From the NCBI GenBank assembly GCA_000708835.1, contig DF237418.1, forward strand, positions 1 through 64,000: a DNA stretch of 64,000 nucleotides, in the 5' to 3' direction. The notes beneath the pieces are model-generated. The model ran no database searches and was not told the DNA's origin. It was given only the letters and a program-made list of their open reading frames with translations. The stretch comes from Klebsormidium nitens. Lineage: Eukaryota > Plantae > Klebsormidiophyceae. Positions 13,501 through 26,563 of this stretch are shown piece by piece (position 1 is the stretch's first letter; every line of letters starts with the position of its first letter). The translations under genes were made by a program, and so were the position numbers.

Positions 13501-15113
13501 AGATGGATTGAGCGCCGAAGGTGAGACTGCCCTTTCCACCGCCGATGCTTTGAACATCAGACGGTGAACTGGGCGGCTTCAAGGCGACGTCTGCTGTTTT
13601 TGTCATGTTCCGGTTTCTGCTGCTCCGTTTCACGGGTCTACTATTCACTTGGGCCGAGAGGAAAGAAGCGATAGCCTCTGCCAAGCCAATCTGTAGAAGT
13701 AGTCGAGGTTTTTGTCTTCCAAGGTCCAGCGGGGTTGTTCCTGATCGTCCGCACTAACGCCAAAGTAGTACTGCACGTTCGGTCAAATCTGGCCGCCTGA
13801 CCGGAGAACCGATCAGGACCGATCGCAGAACCTGCCCGATGCGCAGAACTTAGACCCTTCGATGACCCCGAAGTCCTTCATCGCAAGGCCCAAGTTCTGC
13901 TATGCCTAGCCAGTCAGTCCGGTCAGAGCCGATCGTAAAATATGTCTGAAGGCGTAGGCGCAGATCTTGAGCCGTCCGATGGAGTCACTTTGCGTCATCA
14001 AAGGGTCCACGTTCTGCCCGTCGGGCACGTTCTGCGATCGGTCCCAATCGGTTATCGGGTCAGGCGGCCAGGTTTCACCGAATGTGCAATACTGCCAACG
14101 AGGAAAGAGAGATTGCCTAACAGAAAGTGCAGTCTGCTTTCACAGAGCCATATATGGTTCCGAGGCCAGGGAGAATCCGTCACCGGATGGAACTCCACGC
14201 GTGCTCCGATCTGGACCCCTTGCAGCGGAATGAGGAGTTGCGGGTCTAAGTTCTGTGTTTCAAAGCTTTTGATCTTTAACCGCTTCTTCTAAAGATCATT
14301 GACGGTGTCGAATGTTTTCAAGGTCGGGATCGAAACGACAAGGCTTTGGCGTAATACTACAAATGAAGCTCAGCGGACATGTCGTTCTTGCAGAGAGAAT
14401 TGAAACTTGCCAGCCAGGCAGCGAGCAGGCCGAACCCACCCAGCGCCGTCCTTGCTGAGTCTCTCTCCTCTTTCCACTCACAGCGTCAGCGAAGCCGACT
14501 TTTTCATACTCTTTGACTTGAAATCATACTTTTGCTCATGACTTGTCTGTCTGCCGTCATGTACAGATGCTCGAGTGGTGGTACACGTCAGCCGAGCAGC
14601 GGGTCAACACGCCGACGATCCTCCCCCCCCCTCCAGCCCCACCGGCGCCGAAGGCCGCGGAGGGGGGCATTTCACTCCCCCGCGATAAGCACCTGTGCCC
14701 GTTATGCCAGCGGCCACGGACGAACCCAGCTATGGCGGCTTTCTCGGGCTTTGTTTTCTGCTACCCTTGTATATTCCAGTACGTGAATCAGGTAAGGCGC
14801 ACTTTTTCCAATCTGGAAGGAGGCAAGTTTACTGTGGCTAGAACCATATGATTTCAAAACCTGGGGTGAATATATCTTCTTGTGTTCCGAGTGAGTTTGG
14901 CACAGACAAATGGGGGATGAACTTCTTCTTTTATAAGATGACGAGTTTTGGGTTTGCATGACGTATAATGGAGGCGACCTTGCAAGCACAGTGTATCTGC
15001 GGAAATGGATCTTTCTAAAAATACTCTCCTTCTGTTTGCAGTATGAACGTTGTCCGGTTACGTTGATGCCTATGGAAGTTGACAACATCAGGAGACTTTA
15101 CTTGTCGGCATGA
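10597..15113 (+). CDS. PEX12: Peroxisome biogenesis RING E3 ligase PEX12; 7 exons, about 398 aa
   Basis: Exons 10597-10704, 11095-11200, 11442-11581, 12162-12545, 13209-13370, 14567-14791 and 15042-15113, all GT-AG and in phase (1197 nt). The protein starts MLFQVGGDGSRPTFFEM, contains DASFAEALYGLRR and MLEWWY...PPPPAPP, and ends in the RING CPLC..NPAM..SGFVFCYPCIFQYVNQYERCPVT. This matches plant PEX12 as I recall it. Confidence 0.96.
13766..14094. mobile_element. Fold-back / MITE-like long inverted repeat inside PEX12 intron 5
   Basis: The left arm (tagtactgcacgttcggtcaaatctggccgcctgaccggagaaccgatcaggaccgatcgcagaacc...) pairs with the reverse complement of about 13950-14094 (cagtattgcacattcggtgaaacctggccgcctgacccgataaccgattgggaccgatcgcagaacg...). 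Imperfect arms of about 140 bp with a short loop. No clear TSD. Confidence 0.85.
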
Positions 15114-16582
15114 TGTTTGATTGTAAAGCAGGCTATCTGGTTCGTTGCAGCGTAACTGTGGCAAAAGTTTCCAAATTCGGCATGGCCATTAGCGGTTCTA
15201 TTTCCACTGATAAGTATACGATAGAAAAGCATTGAAGGGGAGTTACATTTCCCCCGGCGCTGCGCAGCATGCATGTTAGGCAGCACTGGGGCGGCACATT
15301 TTTTTGACGTGGCCCTGATTTGGGGTCCCCATGCCAATCTCCAGCCTGTTCAACAACATATAGAGTACATCACCTCTTGCCTGGCCCTGGCATATCAACT
15401 TTTCACAGTGTCAATGGTTTGCATATGCGCATATGCTATGGAACACCATCCATTGACCTTCTTATGTACGGGATCATAGATGATATGTATGATGCATATG
15501 AGTGACATGAGATGCCATGTAATTTTCTTTTAGCCAAGTGCGCCAAGACGTGACTAGTATGTTATCGACATGTTACCACAACGACCCAAGCTAGACCGCG
15601 TGACATATGTACATTGCAGAACACTACAGCTCGCAAATTACACAGCCAATATGGTATTTTAGCGCTCGGATTGAAGAAAATAACATATGATCAAGCAGCG
15701 GCAAACAACAATATTGAACTGGCCGCGCGACCGTAGCTCTGCAGCATTGGTCCTTTTCTCCTCCTTTTTCACATCCGCCGAAGCTAGCCAAATCATGCAG
15801 TGGCCAAGCTTTTCATGGCATACATGATGAATTGTGTGTCTCTTCGCCCATGCATGTGATGGAAACGTTGCATCGAGCTCTATTGCAAACGTCGATATTG
15901 CTTACACTAGCCCATGACTGGATTTACAGCCACATCCACTTTGTTGCTGGGGTCGTTGAAAATTTGAACGTGGAAAGAGACCCCTCTAGGAGACAACTCC
16001 AATAACAATAATAACAATACCAATATACAAAGCAGTGGGCAGCTAGGACTTAGTAGCCCCAGTGCGCTTGAAAGTGGATAGTCTTCCGAAAGGAGATTTG
16101 TCAATCTAATGCCGAACCGTACCATTTTCGTAGGATGTGAACATGCATTAACTTTGTTGGGGGTGTCGGACAGCTGATGTCAGCACGATTTGCCTGGTGA
16201 AGATAATAGTGTATTGTCGTCGGGACTAGGCACACAACACAGCACAGCAACAACAACGAACCGGCCACCTACTGTCTTCCGGTCGGAGTCTGGAGATACC
16301 GTGAACAGTCAACGCAGTACCTATCAGGAGTATCAGGGGCCAGCCTCCGGGCTCGGCAAGGGCCTGAAGGACCGACCCAGTGCATTCGGAACGAGTCCTG
16401 GAAGAATGACACATGACGCGCATCAGCCCGGTGCATCGGAAGCACCTGCTACGGGCAAGTGGCGTATAGCTTATCGATGCTTTTACGACCAGTTAGGAAC
16501 GCGACAACATACCTACCGTAAGCATTTACTGCGCTCGATCCTTGCGTGGAGCATGAAGACCCAGGTTCCAACTTCCAGGTAC

Positions 16583-16855
16583 CCGTAGTGGCACGACCCT
16601 TTCGCACCAAAAATCAGTTGTAAGGCCTTGGTGCGGACAAATTCGAAAATTATTTCGACCTTGCGAAAAAGCGAACTGGAAGTAAATTACCCAAATGAAG
16701 CTCCTGGAATCGCCTAGAAATGGGCTGAAACACTGTAAATTTGCCCTTGTGCGAAAAAAAAATATCCCCCAAAATCTTGGTGCGAAATCAGACAGAAAAG
16801 GAAAAACAAAACAATTTTCGAAATTGCTTGGTGCGAATGGGTCGTGCCACTACGG
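16583..16855. mobile_element. MITE, about 273 bp, with 28-bp TIRs
   Basis: Left TIR ccgtagtggcacgaccctttcgcaccaa; right end ttggtgcgaatgggtcgtgccactacgg (1 mismatch). Flanked by tac|...|tac. Internal repeats of (c)ttggtgcg(a). Confidence 0.9.
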
Positions 16856-17388
16856 TACAGTTTTCCGGTACTCGGTACGGTACTGGTTGGTAAAGAAAGG
16901 GGGGAAACGCAAGAGTCAAAGTCGGAGCTGTCAGTGTCAGACTGCATGAATTGGTACATAATGTAGGTACTGGTACCTAGTACCGGTAGGTTGAAATACC
17001 AATGCGTATCGACCTTTTTCCGCAATATACACGGTGGTTCCGATTTTATATTGGAGTTATACGACTAGGTATGTTGAGTTAGCTTTTCCCGGGGGACAGA
17101 TTTATAAGGTTGGCTGGTAAACCTTTAGGTTTGCAATCCAGCCCGGGGACCCGAGACTACTCAATCTAGGTTTAGGCCTAACTCCTGCTCTAATTACCGT
17201 ACAAATGACGACTTCAGATACATCTAGGGGCTAGGTAGTGCCGAATTAAAACTGATACCTACCCACGGTACCGGGTCGTACGGTACTTGCCGTACGCTGT
17301 GCAGCACGCAGGCAACCTCAATTCAGGGGAAGTACCAATGACAATGTGGAGGTCTACTCTGTAGTGGTATCCCCGTGGTATCCCTTTG

Positions 17389-18104
17389 CAACCCAGACTC
17401 ACGGTCCGTATCGAGAAAATCCCTCGTAAAGCCATTTTGGTTTTACGAGCAAATCGTTCGATGTCCGTAGATCCGTATTGGACAAATTTATCGTATTCGC
17501 TAGGGCCGTATTGGAGGATTTGCTCGATACGGAGAATGCCATATCGAGCAAATTGCTCGATTTTTGGACCGAGGCGCCTAGATCTCCGGTACTTTCAGTG
17601 GTCGGTCCCGACGATCTCCGCCGTCGATCCAGGTGACCGCCGCGACCCACAACATCGGTCCACACAACCGTCAGGATCGCGGTACATAAAGGACGGTACC
17701 CCTATGGGTGGTTGGTCGGGGCGGTGGGCGGCTGCAACTCCCCGGGGACACTGGACACTTCCCCTCTAGACTAGTAGTTTAGGGACCGTGGCACCCGAGA
17801 AGCAACCGGGCCCTCCCTGTGACATTAGGGTCTCGCGGGCAACCGGCGAACAACCGGGCAACTACCTGGGGCAACCGGGCCATTCCCGCCTTAGGGTTAC
17901 ACCACTGCGAGTGACAACCGGGCAAGTACTTTTTGTTTTAGTGTGTGCCCGGGGCTTTCCAAAAATCGAGACTTTTTCCCAATAGGCGCTACCAGAAAAC
18001 GAACAATTTGATCGATACCCGGCCGGCCGTATCGAGCAATTTGTTCAATATGCTTCCGATGGCTTTACGAGAGGTTTTCTCGATACGGCCGTGAGTCAGG
18101 GTTG
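17389..18104. mobile_element. Non-autonomous DNA transposon, about 716 bp, with ~46-bp TIRs and a 7-bp TSD (CCCTTTG)
   Basis: Left end caacccagactcacggtccgtatcgagaaaatccctcgtaaagccat; reverse complement of the right end caaccctgactcacggccgtatcgagaaaacctctcgtaaagccat. ccctttg lies directly outside both ends (17382-17388 and 18105-18111). Subterminal atcgag repeats and internal caaccgggc repeats. Confidence 0.9.
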
Positions 18105-20556
18105 CCCTTTGAAAGTGGGCCGGACCAAAATTAAAATTATGAAAATCATTCAGGTGTTCCGTCATGCAACACTGTCAGCGTTCCTGAACGCTCTCCTGCG
18201 AGCCTCCAGGGTGGACGCTGACTTGCCACTTTAATACAAGGGCCAGCAAACGGAGATCAGCATTGAGCACGCTTGGGCCTTAGGTGACAGCTGGGCAGCT
18301 AGAGATTGGCGTGCAACTTGGAATCTGCAAAGCAGAGGAATGTGTTTTTGTTGAGACGTGCTAGCGGCGCAACAGCATGCGAGAAGCCTTGTAAAACTAG
18401 ACTCGCACCTCGCGCAATTTTCTGGAAAAAGGTAGGTTCTGACTGCATCATTCTTGCCCTCTTTCTACCTCTGGTCCAATCAACAGTATGCCGAGTGTGT
18501 GTGCAACTGTCCTCCGCATCTTCTGGCAGCCTTGCTGACGATTTTGTTTTCGTAATGATGGTTCAAATGGCGGTTCCCATAAGGTCCAAGGTTGGAGTGC
18601 TTAGACAAGCCACTCATTTTTACTCTTGTATGGAAGGATCCTGCAGGCTGCACAAAGACCACACTAAATGCTACAGCTCAAGAACTCTGAAAACTAAAAG
18701 GCTGAGACGTCTGAATCCGGTGAAATTTTACTTTTCCTTCTCATCTGTCCTGGGTTTCCTCTGCGCTTTAGGTGCTCGAAAGAGCAGCACAGAAAGCTCC
18801 CTCTGGATCCCAGTGCAGCTTTGATGGGCCTCTCAAGAGTTGCTGGGCTCTAGAGGAATCTACACAGCTTGTAATATTGGTGTGTAGGAGTGCAACCTAT
18901 GACTGCCCAAGTTGGTCAATAGTGCCCTTAAGAGGGCCATTTTACTTGCTGTTGCTGCGAGTGCTTTTTAGTCATGCAGTTGTGAAGATGCAAGCTGGGC
19001 TGAACCCTGCCAATTCTGATGTGGTGATGCGGAGGAGACACAGGAGGCCCTTTCTATGACACTCAGCATATTCAGTTTTCTAACACCAGGACTTTAAGAA
19101 GCCAAATGACTACAGTGATGACCAACCATCAGTGTTGCTTCAACCTTCATTCTGCATCACCAGAGGCTTTTGTATAAGCATCAAGAAAGCACCAGCAGGA
19201 AAGGAGAAATTAGCCGCAAGGGACTTTGCTGAAGGTCCCCGTATGTGCACCATCTTGACGCATTGTGCGTACCTGCTTCAAGTACACTCTTGGTGGAGAG
19301 ATCGTGGTCTGGGGACAGTTTAGGTCTGGAAATAATTTCAGGTTGAGGTTTATTCTTGTATGACCCGAAGCTTCTGGTTTGCGGCCTGGATTTTGTGAAG
19401 CAAGGGTGAATGGAGTGCTCCCTTCTGGTGGTTGTTGTTCCAGCTTACAACTTCTGAGTCAGGTCTTTTCCGGTTAGGCCTCTCTTAGCACATTTTGCCA
19501 GAGCTTTTTGGCACATTCTGACAGCTGACATTGTTATGCAAAATGTCGTGCTGAGAAGAGTCATACAAGGGTTAGACGGGGGTTTTTAGGTGTGTCTGTT
19601 CTTACCACCATAATACAGCAGCGTCCGAATTTATGCGGTCTTGCTGGTCCTTCAGGAAGCTCAGCCATACGTATGGATTGAGGACTCGTGCAATCCCCAA
19701 ACGTTCAACGATCTGTGCCCCAAAATCTGGTTTTTAAATAGAATGTGAAACAGCTGAAGTACGACGTTGGCCAGACCGGCCATGGGAGAAGTCTGGTAAC
19801 ATCGTAAGCCTTTGCTTGAAGCAGTTTTTCAACGAACCTGACAAACGCTGTGAGAAACCCTTACCCGGTCTGAGCCAAAGCCTCTGTAGATGATTTTTGC
19901 CAAAGGTAGTCACTTGTGAATGCAAGTTCCAAGTTGGCCCACAGTCCATGAAGGGATTCCTCTAATGTTCCACGCTTCACTCTGCCAGTTGCCTGTTGCT
20001 GCCTTGTATGCCTTGCACACTAGGCATTGGCGTGCTCCATTAGGATTCAAAGTGAAATCGGTGCCAGCTTTGAAGCAGTCAGATCATACCCCCCCACACT
20101 CCTCCGCGGATATCCTTGTCGCCTGTTGCTCCTGGGATGGGTCCAGGAGCACCAGCCCTGAACTAGCATCATTATAGAGACCTTCTCACTTTTCATGGCG
20201 CCATCTTGGAGCGTCATCTTTGTCCACCTGAATGTTAACTAGCATTGCCGCCCCCCAGGCTACTTGAAAAGCAGGGGGTGCCTGGCAAGCTGCAGCCTCT
20301 GTTGCTGATCACCCCCATCATGCTCCATTGCAGCTAGCTCCAGTCAGTTTTTGGCCCACACTTGACCAGCAAAGACTCTGCCAGTCTGCTTCCATCTCTG
20401 CAACAAATGGATATGACAAGAAAGGAGAGGTTACAAAATGTACTCACTCCAAAAACGAGCAGTTCAGAAGCAACACCACTCATCACTGCACTGATTTGTT
20501 GTGCAGGCTGTCCTGACCAGCCATCTTACCAGTGGTTATAGAACCAGTGTTGAGGT

Positions 20557-23500
20557 ATGGAGGTCGATGGGGGTATGGAGGTCGACGGGGGGAAAATTGT
20601 GCCGGACTTGCCGGCGGCCATGAACAACGATGGCAACCTGTTCAAGCCGCTAACGGAGAACGTGTACATGCGAGCGGTGGAGGAGCTCAGGAGGGAGGGC
20701 AAGGTCAGATTAAACTCGTCTATAAAGTGGTTGAGGTATCGCATTAAGGTTTTTGAGCAGTCAATTGTGCTCAGGAGGGGGCACTGTGCGCGAAGTTGTA
20801 CGCTTTGCAGTTTCAGGGACTTGGACTTGGAAGCTAGAAACTCTGTGGGGTCAAGCTGTGCTTGTTGAATGCTGGCCTTTGGGGAGCAGGATCTGTCAAG
20901 GTCTGTAGATTATCAATGTAACTAGCTTCTGGGCATACTTGGCACTTCACAGCTTGCTGAAAGTGATATCCACTTGACGATCTCCCGAGCTCTGATCTTT
21001 TGCAACGCTTCCTCTGAAGTAGCGCTTTTGAATAGATTTGGTTCTGTTGCTTGGAAGTGTACGGTAACGCAAGCAAAGCATTGTCAAAGAAGGGTCCGCA
21101 AGACTCAATACTTGTTGACAGGTCACGCCGTAATTCCGCGTCAAGTGATTCAAAACTCTTCGAAACTAGTCTCGATTGCAAAAACGAACGTCACCTTCAT
21201 GTGCTCGTGCAAGCCATATATTCGTCTCCAAGATCAGCTCTTCCTCTCTCCCTTTACTGTACCAAACAGAAAACACCCAGAGATCTGGTAATTCAATGAA
21301 ACCTTGCACTTTGAAAAGCCCTTTCTGGTGTTGCAGATTCGCACTTATCCAGACAGGTTGCCTCTGCCTTCGAAGAAAGGGGCTTTCCAAATAGAGAGTT
21401 TGACCCTGCAATCCCTTCGGCCATGGTCCTGCTACAGCTTTCGTATATGCTTCTGGGACAGAGGTTGGGAACTTTGCCCTCGGATTGTGCGACGGAGCTT
21501 CACGCTGATTAAGTGAACGTTTCTGCACTTGCAGATTGCTCCCTCCACATTCCTCTACGACCCAAATGACTACCTAAAGCACGTCTTCACATTCTCAGGT
21601 AAGTTTTCTTATCCAAGGCTTCGAACCTCTTGCTATTCATTGGTTACTGCTTGGGACTCACCCCTCTATCTTTGTTCTAAGTACAAAGCACGCATAAATC
21701 TCGTACTGCCTGATCTATTTATGTAGCCAACAGAAGCCGTCCTGTTGGTTGAAGGACCGCATTTGAAAGCTCACACCATCTGGTTGACGTAGAAGTTCAG
21801 GACGCTGATGTTTTATCAAGGTTTGCTGGTGGTTTAAAGCACAAATCCCCTCTTTGCTGATGAATCCCCTTCTGCTGGAACCTGTCCGCCTCTGATCGTA
21901 AGCACACGGTTGCTGAAAGTCGAAACGACTGTGGCGGGTCTCTGGTCGTTTCGAAGTCGGATTCGGAGTGGAAAAGATCGAAAGAAGGCAGAGACGAGCA
22001 TGAGGAGCGAAACGAAGCTGGCCTCTCCAGTAGCCTCTGAACAGAGTTGCGGTCCTTGAGGGTCGTTTCATGAGCGCCTTTCTGGTTCTCCAGAATTGGA
22101 CGATTATGTAACGTTATCAGAAATGTGACCTGATTAGCAAAGTGCTATCTTTCATTAGCTCTGACTGAAACGGTCTGAACCGGTGCTTCGCAAGTTCTGA
22201 GGTCAGAACGGTGAGGTTGGGGCTTGAAATCACTTTGGAATCTACACCTTAAAGCTTCCACCCTTCGTGTGCCGATTCGATCCTGCCTGTTGCGTTATGC
22301 CCTCAAGATATGCTGAAAAAGTTATCCACCGCTTTTGATCCGGTTCAATCTTCCGTAACTCAACATTCCGCACAACTTCTATCTTGCTATTAATTCATGC
22401 GGGAGGGCCTTCAGGGTAGTTTCACGAGCGCCTTGTGTAGTGGTTTACTTAGTCGAGCCAAGACTTGAGAAACCAGATCCAGGCATCATCTTTTGTCCGT
22501 TATCTTTTCCAGGCACCCTTTTCAAAGCGTTCTCTACAAGCAGTCTTTTCTGACTCCCATCGTTATCAGGTTCGACAACCGAGGCTTTCAAGCATGGGGG
22601 TGCTGTGACCATACTGACCTGTATATTCAGCTACTTTCATTTCAAAGCACCGGCCTGCTCTTCCAGATTCTCCACGAGCAACAAACTAGAAAACCCTCTG
22701 AGGCTCAGGAATGAAATTTCAACAGGTACTGCTTGTAGGCACGGGCGCTCTTTCCAGCTTCTCACCAGTTTGAAAGTTCAAAGAGGTACTTGGATGGAAC
22801 AGTTGGACGTTGGCGGGAGCGGATTGCATTCTTGGGAAACCGGGTTGTGGTGGTTGCAAGCTTTGAAAGCTTCAGCATCAGCCTGACCCTTTGCCTCCGA
22901 CATTTGTACCAGGCACTGTCTTAAAGATGTGGTTCACAAGAGCCTTCGTCTGCTTCCATTCTATCAAACTTCTCATCCGACTCCGTAATCGTGAAAACAC
23001 TTCATAGCTTCTGCGTTCCAGGCACGGGCCGCTCACTTCAAATCCCAACATCATCCAGAACAAGCTGTCGTGTTTGCAAGTTGTCAAGGCTTCAGCTTCA
23101 GTCTCACCCTTTGCCTCTGTTGTTCGTCCCAGGCACCGTGCTGAAGATGTGTTTCACCAGCGCCTTCTTCTGGTTCCTAATGGTCGTCAACATTGTTGTC
23201 TCGATCATCTACTACTCGGTCAAGTTCAACCACGAGAACTTCGACGGCGCCTTTGAGACGGGGCGCTTCCCCTACATCAGCAACTACATCTACAACGTCC
23301 TCGGAGGCATGGTCTCTTTCATGCTCGTCTTTCACGCAAGCGACTGCTATGCGAGGTAGGTTTAAACTGTTCGTCCGTTCTTGCTTTTCGATTGCTCTGA
23401 AAGACGATGAAGCGAAGAGAAGAGCAAACATGTTGCACCAACCTGCTTGAGAGAGTTTGTGCTTTTTAGGCGCTCGTGCGGGACGAACTTGACAATCACT

Positions 23501-26500
23501 CGATGCAAACTCTCTGATCTTCGTTTTGCTTTTCAGTAAATCTTATTTCTTACCTCACGCTTGATATATTCCTCAAGCTAGGTTTTCCCCCTACTCATAA
23601 AGTCCCCCAGCCAAGTTCCTGGAGACTGTTTCTTAAGAAACATGCAGCGAAATTTGATAGCAACTACACGAAAGCCTGCCGGCATTGCAGACCATTCGCT
23701 TCGATCCACATTCTCAGATTGCGTAAAAGGTGGAGACGACAAAGCGCTGGCGAAACATCAGAAGTCTACATGTCTCCTCCAAGCAAGATCGGGCGCCTTA
23801 CTTTGGCCAATTCCACCAGTCGCTCAACCCTTTCCTCTTCGAGGGAGAGAACGAGCCGGTTGGAATTGAAAAGCGAAAAGGAACTGGTCGAATATAATCC
23901 ATAGCGAGAGGACAGTGACACTCGACAGAAAGAATATTGTCCTCGGACCTTCAGTCGTGTTCGCGGAATCGTCCTCGCCAGCCTCCTTCGCAGACCCAAC
24001 CTGTGAATAGCTTCCCAGACGTCAGCAGGGATCTGAGCTACGTCACTATCCACCGCGCCTCCGGTGACGTCAGCGGTGTCTTCTCTCAGGTTCTTCCAGC
24101 AGTACGGCACCGTGCGCGCTGTCGAGATCAACATCAACAACGTGCTGACCTGCTGCGTGCCCACCGATTTCGTACGCCTTCGCTGACGTCAGCGCTCTCT
24201 CCCCTACAGTACGCACATATTCGCACCTTTTTGCTGACGTCAGGGTCTCTCCCCTCAGGTTCTTCCAGCAGTACGGCACCGTTCGTGCGGTCGAGATCAA
24301 CATCAACAACGTGCTGAACCTGCTGCGCACGCACCTGCCGGACGACGCCTTCGAGGGCGCCGGCGACCTGCGCACTACCGTCGCCAAGTGGGTGGTCGCC
24401 CAGATGTACCTCGGCTTCGGCTGGCTCCCCACGTACCGGGAGAACCAGGTCAGCGCGACTCAACACTCTAGCATTGTGTTGAAAACGCAGTTATCCTTAT
24501 TGTACTTCGGACGGCCTAGTCTGGTGTGTGCCGGTCAAAGCATTGTTGGCACGGAGTCTTGACGTGACTTTCAGGTGTGCTGAGCTCTTCTCAACGTGGC
24601 GTACACTTGACCTGGGCTTTCCGCGCTGACTGTTTCCTGAGCCCTAACACATGCTTCTTCGCCTCGCGGCTGAACACCTTACGAGAGTCGCAAACGACCA
24701 GATTGCATGCATCGTTAAGCTGACTGGTTTGATTGGTTGAGCGGTAAAGCATCCGTCAGGGGCATCAGGTTGAGCGGTAACGAAGCGGGATTTTTTGTTC
24801 TTAACAAGTATTGAAAGGACTCCTTTCAACTCTCGTCTGGTTTCCTCTGCTCCAGGTCGACGAGTGGGCGTGGGAGCGGGTGAACGAGTACGGCCTTATC
24901 GGTCTGTATGAGAAGCAGCACCTCATGGCACTCCCGGTCGGCGAGTACCCTATCACTGAGGTGAGGGTCTTGCATACACTTTCCGACCAAGTTTGGGATA
25001 GGGGCGTGCATCCAATCATGAATTCAACACTCCTCGTCACAACCAACCGATCGGAAGCATCAGCTTACCTTCGCTGGAACACAGTTCTGAAGTAAACATC
25101 TTTTGACGCAGATTGCAACGAGCTGCACGCAGCTGCTCTTAGGCTTGGAGTATTCCCGTGAAAGTACCACTGCTGGATTCGGATCAAGCGGATTGGAAGT
25201 GGTATTATTGCTGACTGGATTCACATCAAGGTTGGGATGCGGTCCTGACTTCAGCGCTTTTTGACGCAGATCACGAGTGCTGCACGCAGCTGCTCTTCAA
25301 GTTCGTGCGCATTATCCAACCGTTCACAAACCCTGATTGCGTGAAGTTTCTTACGAGTCGGAACAGGGTTCTAACTTAAGCCGCGTTTTTGACCCAGATC
25401 ACGACGAACCGCACGCAGCTGCTGTTCAAGTTGTTGCGCATGGGCGCTTGCCCCCAACACTTCAGTACCATCCCCTGATTTAGTAAACTTTCTTACGAGT
25501 CGGACAGGGTTCTGACTTTTCTCCGTCTCTGACCCAGATTACGACGAGCTGCACGCAGCTGCTCTTCAAGTTCGTGCGCATGGGCAAGCTGGACGGCGGC
25601 ATTGCTGGCGAGATCGGGGCGGAGATCTCGGGCATCGAGAACAACTTCCTCACGCTCTACGCCACCACCGAGCAACCGGTAAGCCCCGCCAATTGGTTGA
25701 GAGAATGCTCAGTTTGCAGACCTTTGAAGTTTTAGGAAAGCCGAAATGAGTCACAATTGACGTTTATAAGATTGGGGCCGAGATCTTGGGCATCGAGAAC
25801 AACTTCCTGACGCTCTACGCCACCACCGAGCAACCGGTAAGCCCCGTAGGTGACTGGGAAATGCGCAGTGCGGAAACGAAACATATCAGAGTCCTGGGTC
25901 GCAATAACCGCTTCCGAGTGTTGGGCTAAGACAACCGTTCCGCTTTGTGTGACCACCGAGCACCAGGTGGGCGGCATCAAGATGTAGTTCGCTTTCAACG
26001 TTCAGACCATGGACGCTTCCGCATGTTCAAGAGAACCGGGGATCTTAAACAACCTTCTCTTCTATCACAGCGGAACAGCCGGTGCCGCCGAAGCCTCGAT
26101 ATCTTCACCCAGAATTCCGAGCCCTATAACCAGATCCTACGAAACCCTAAAGCTTCGATATCTCTTTTGCCAAGGGCCCTAAATCTGTGGGGATCCCCCC
26201 GCAGGTGCCGTTTGCGATATACCATTACTAACGTTCATCAACATTACTTGGTTGCTCCGGTGCGCGTACCAGTCTTCACGAAAGACTGCAAGCCCTAAAA
26301 CAAGAATTTGAAGCTTCAAAACCCTCGGAAAAGCGAAGAGCGCTTAGTCCTAAGGATCCCCTCGCAGGTGCCGTTTGCGATGTACCACTACATCACGTTC
26401 ATCAACAACACGTGGCTGCTCCTGTGCGCGTACCAGTGGGTCTTCTACTCGTACTACTGGGGCATCATCGCGTTCTTCCTCAACGCGCTCGCCTTCCAGG

Positions 26501-26563
26501 GCCTGCGCGAGCTGTCCAACAATCTGGCGGAGCCCTTCGGCAATGATGACACCGACATCCCCG
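20557..26563 (+). CDS. Bestrophin-family anion channel (multi-exon; first exon tentative, last exon not found)
   Basis: Phase-consistent exons 20557?-20703, 21535-21598, 23133-23355, 24259-24448, 24856-24960, 25538-25678 and 26368-26563. Motifs YDPNDYLKHVFTFSGTVLK, SFMLVFHASDCYARFF, EQPVPFAMYHY and LRELSNNLAEPFGNDDTDIP match the bestrophin pattern (Y.P...F...GSVL; LLVFR...AY.RW; P+PF.Y; EPFG.D..D). Confidence 0.85.
25100..25850 (+). repeat. Echo copies around the bestrophin exon 25538-25678 (three upstream, one downstream)
   Basis: gacgcag|att/atc...gctgcacgcagctgctctt near 25112, 25270 and 25398. The exon end plus gtaagcccc is repeated at about 25773-25845. Confidence 0.92.

Noticed and set aside
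18306-19950. 172-aa ORF and scattered exon-like pieces
   Set aside because: Lacks the GC3-rich codon style of the real genes, has frequent stops in adjoining frames, and gives no coherent model.
20834-21528. Copia-like reverse transcriptase remnant on the minus strand (..DITFSKL..)
   Set aside because: Only faint resemblance, no YVDD motif and no LTRs; the region lies inside bestrophin intron 1.
24070-24466. Minus-strand ORFs with a duplicated peptide (STLLMLISTARTVPYCWKNLR)
   Set aside because: Antisense reading of the bestrophin exon and its echo.
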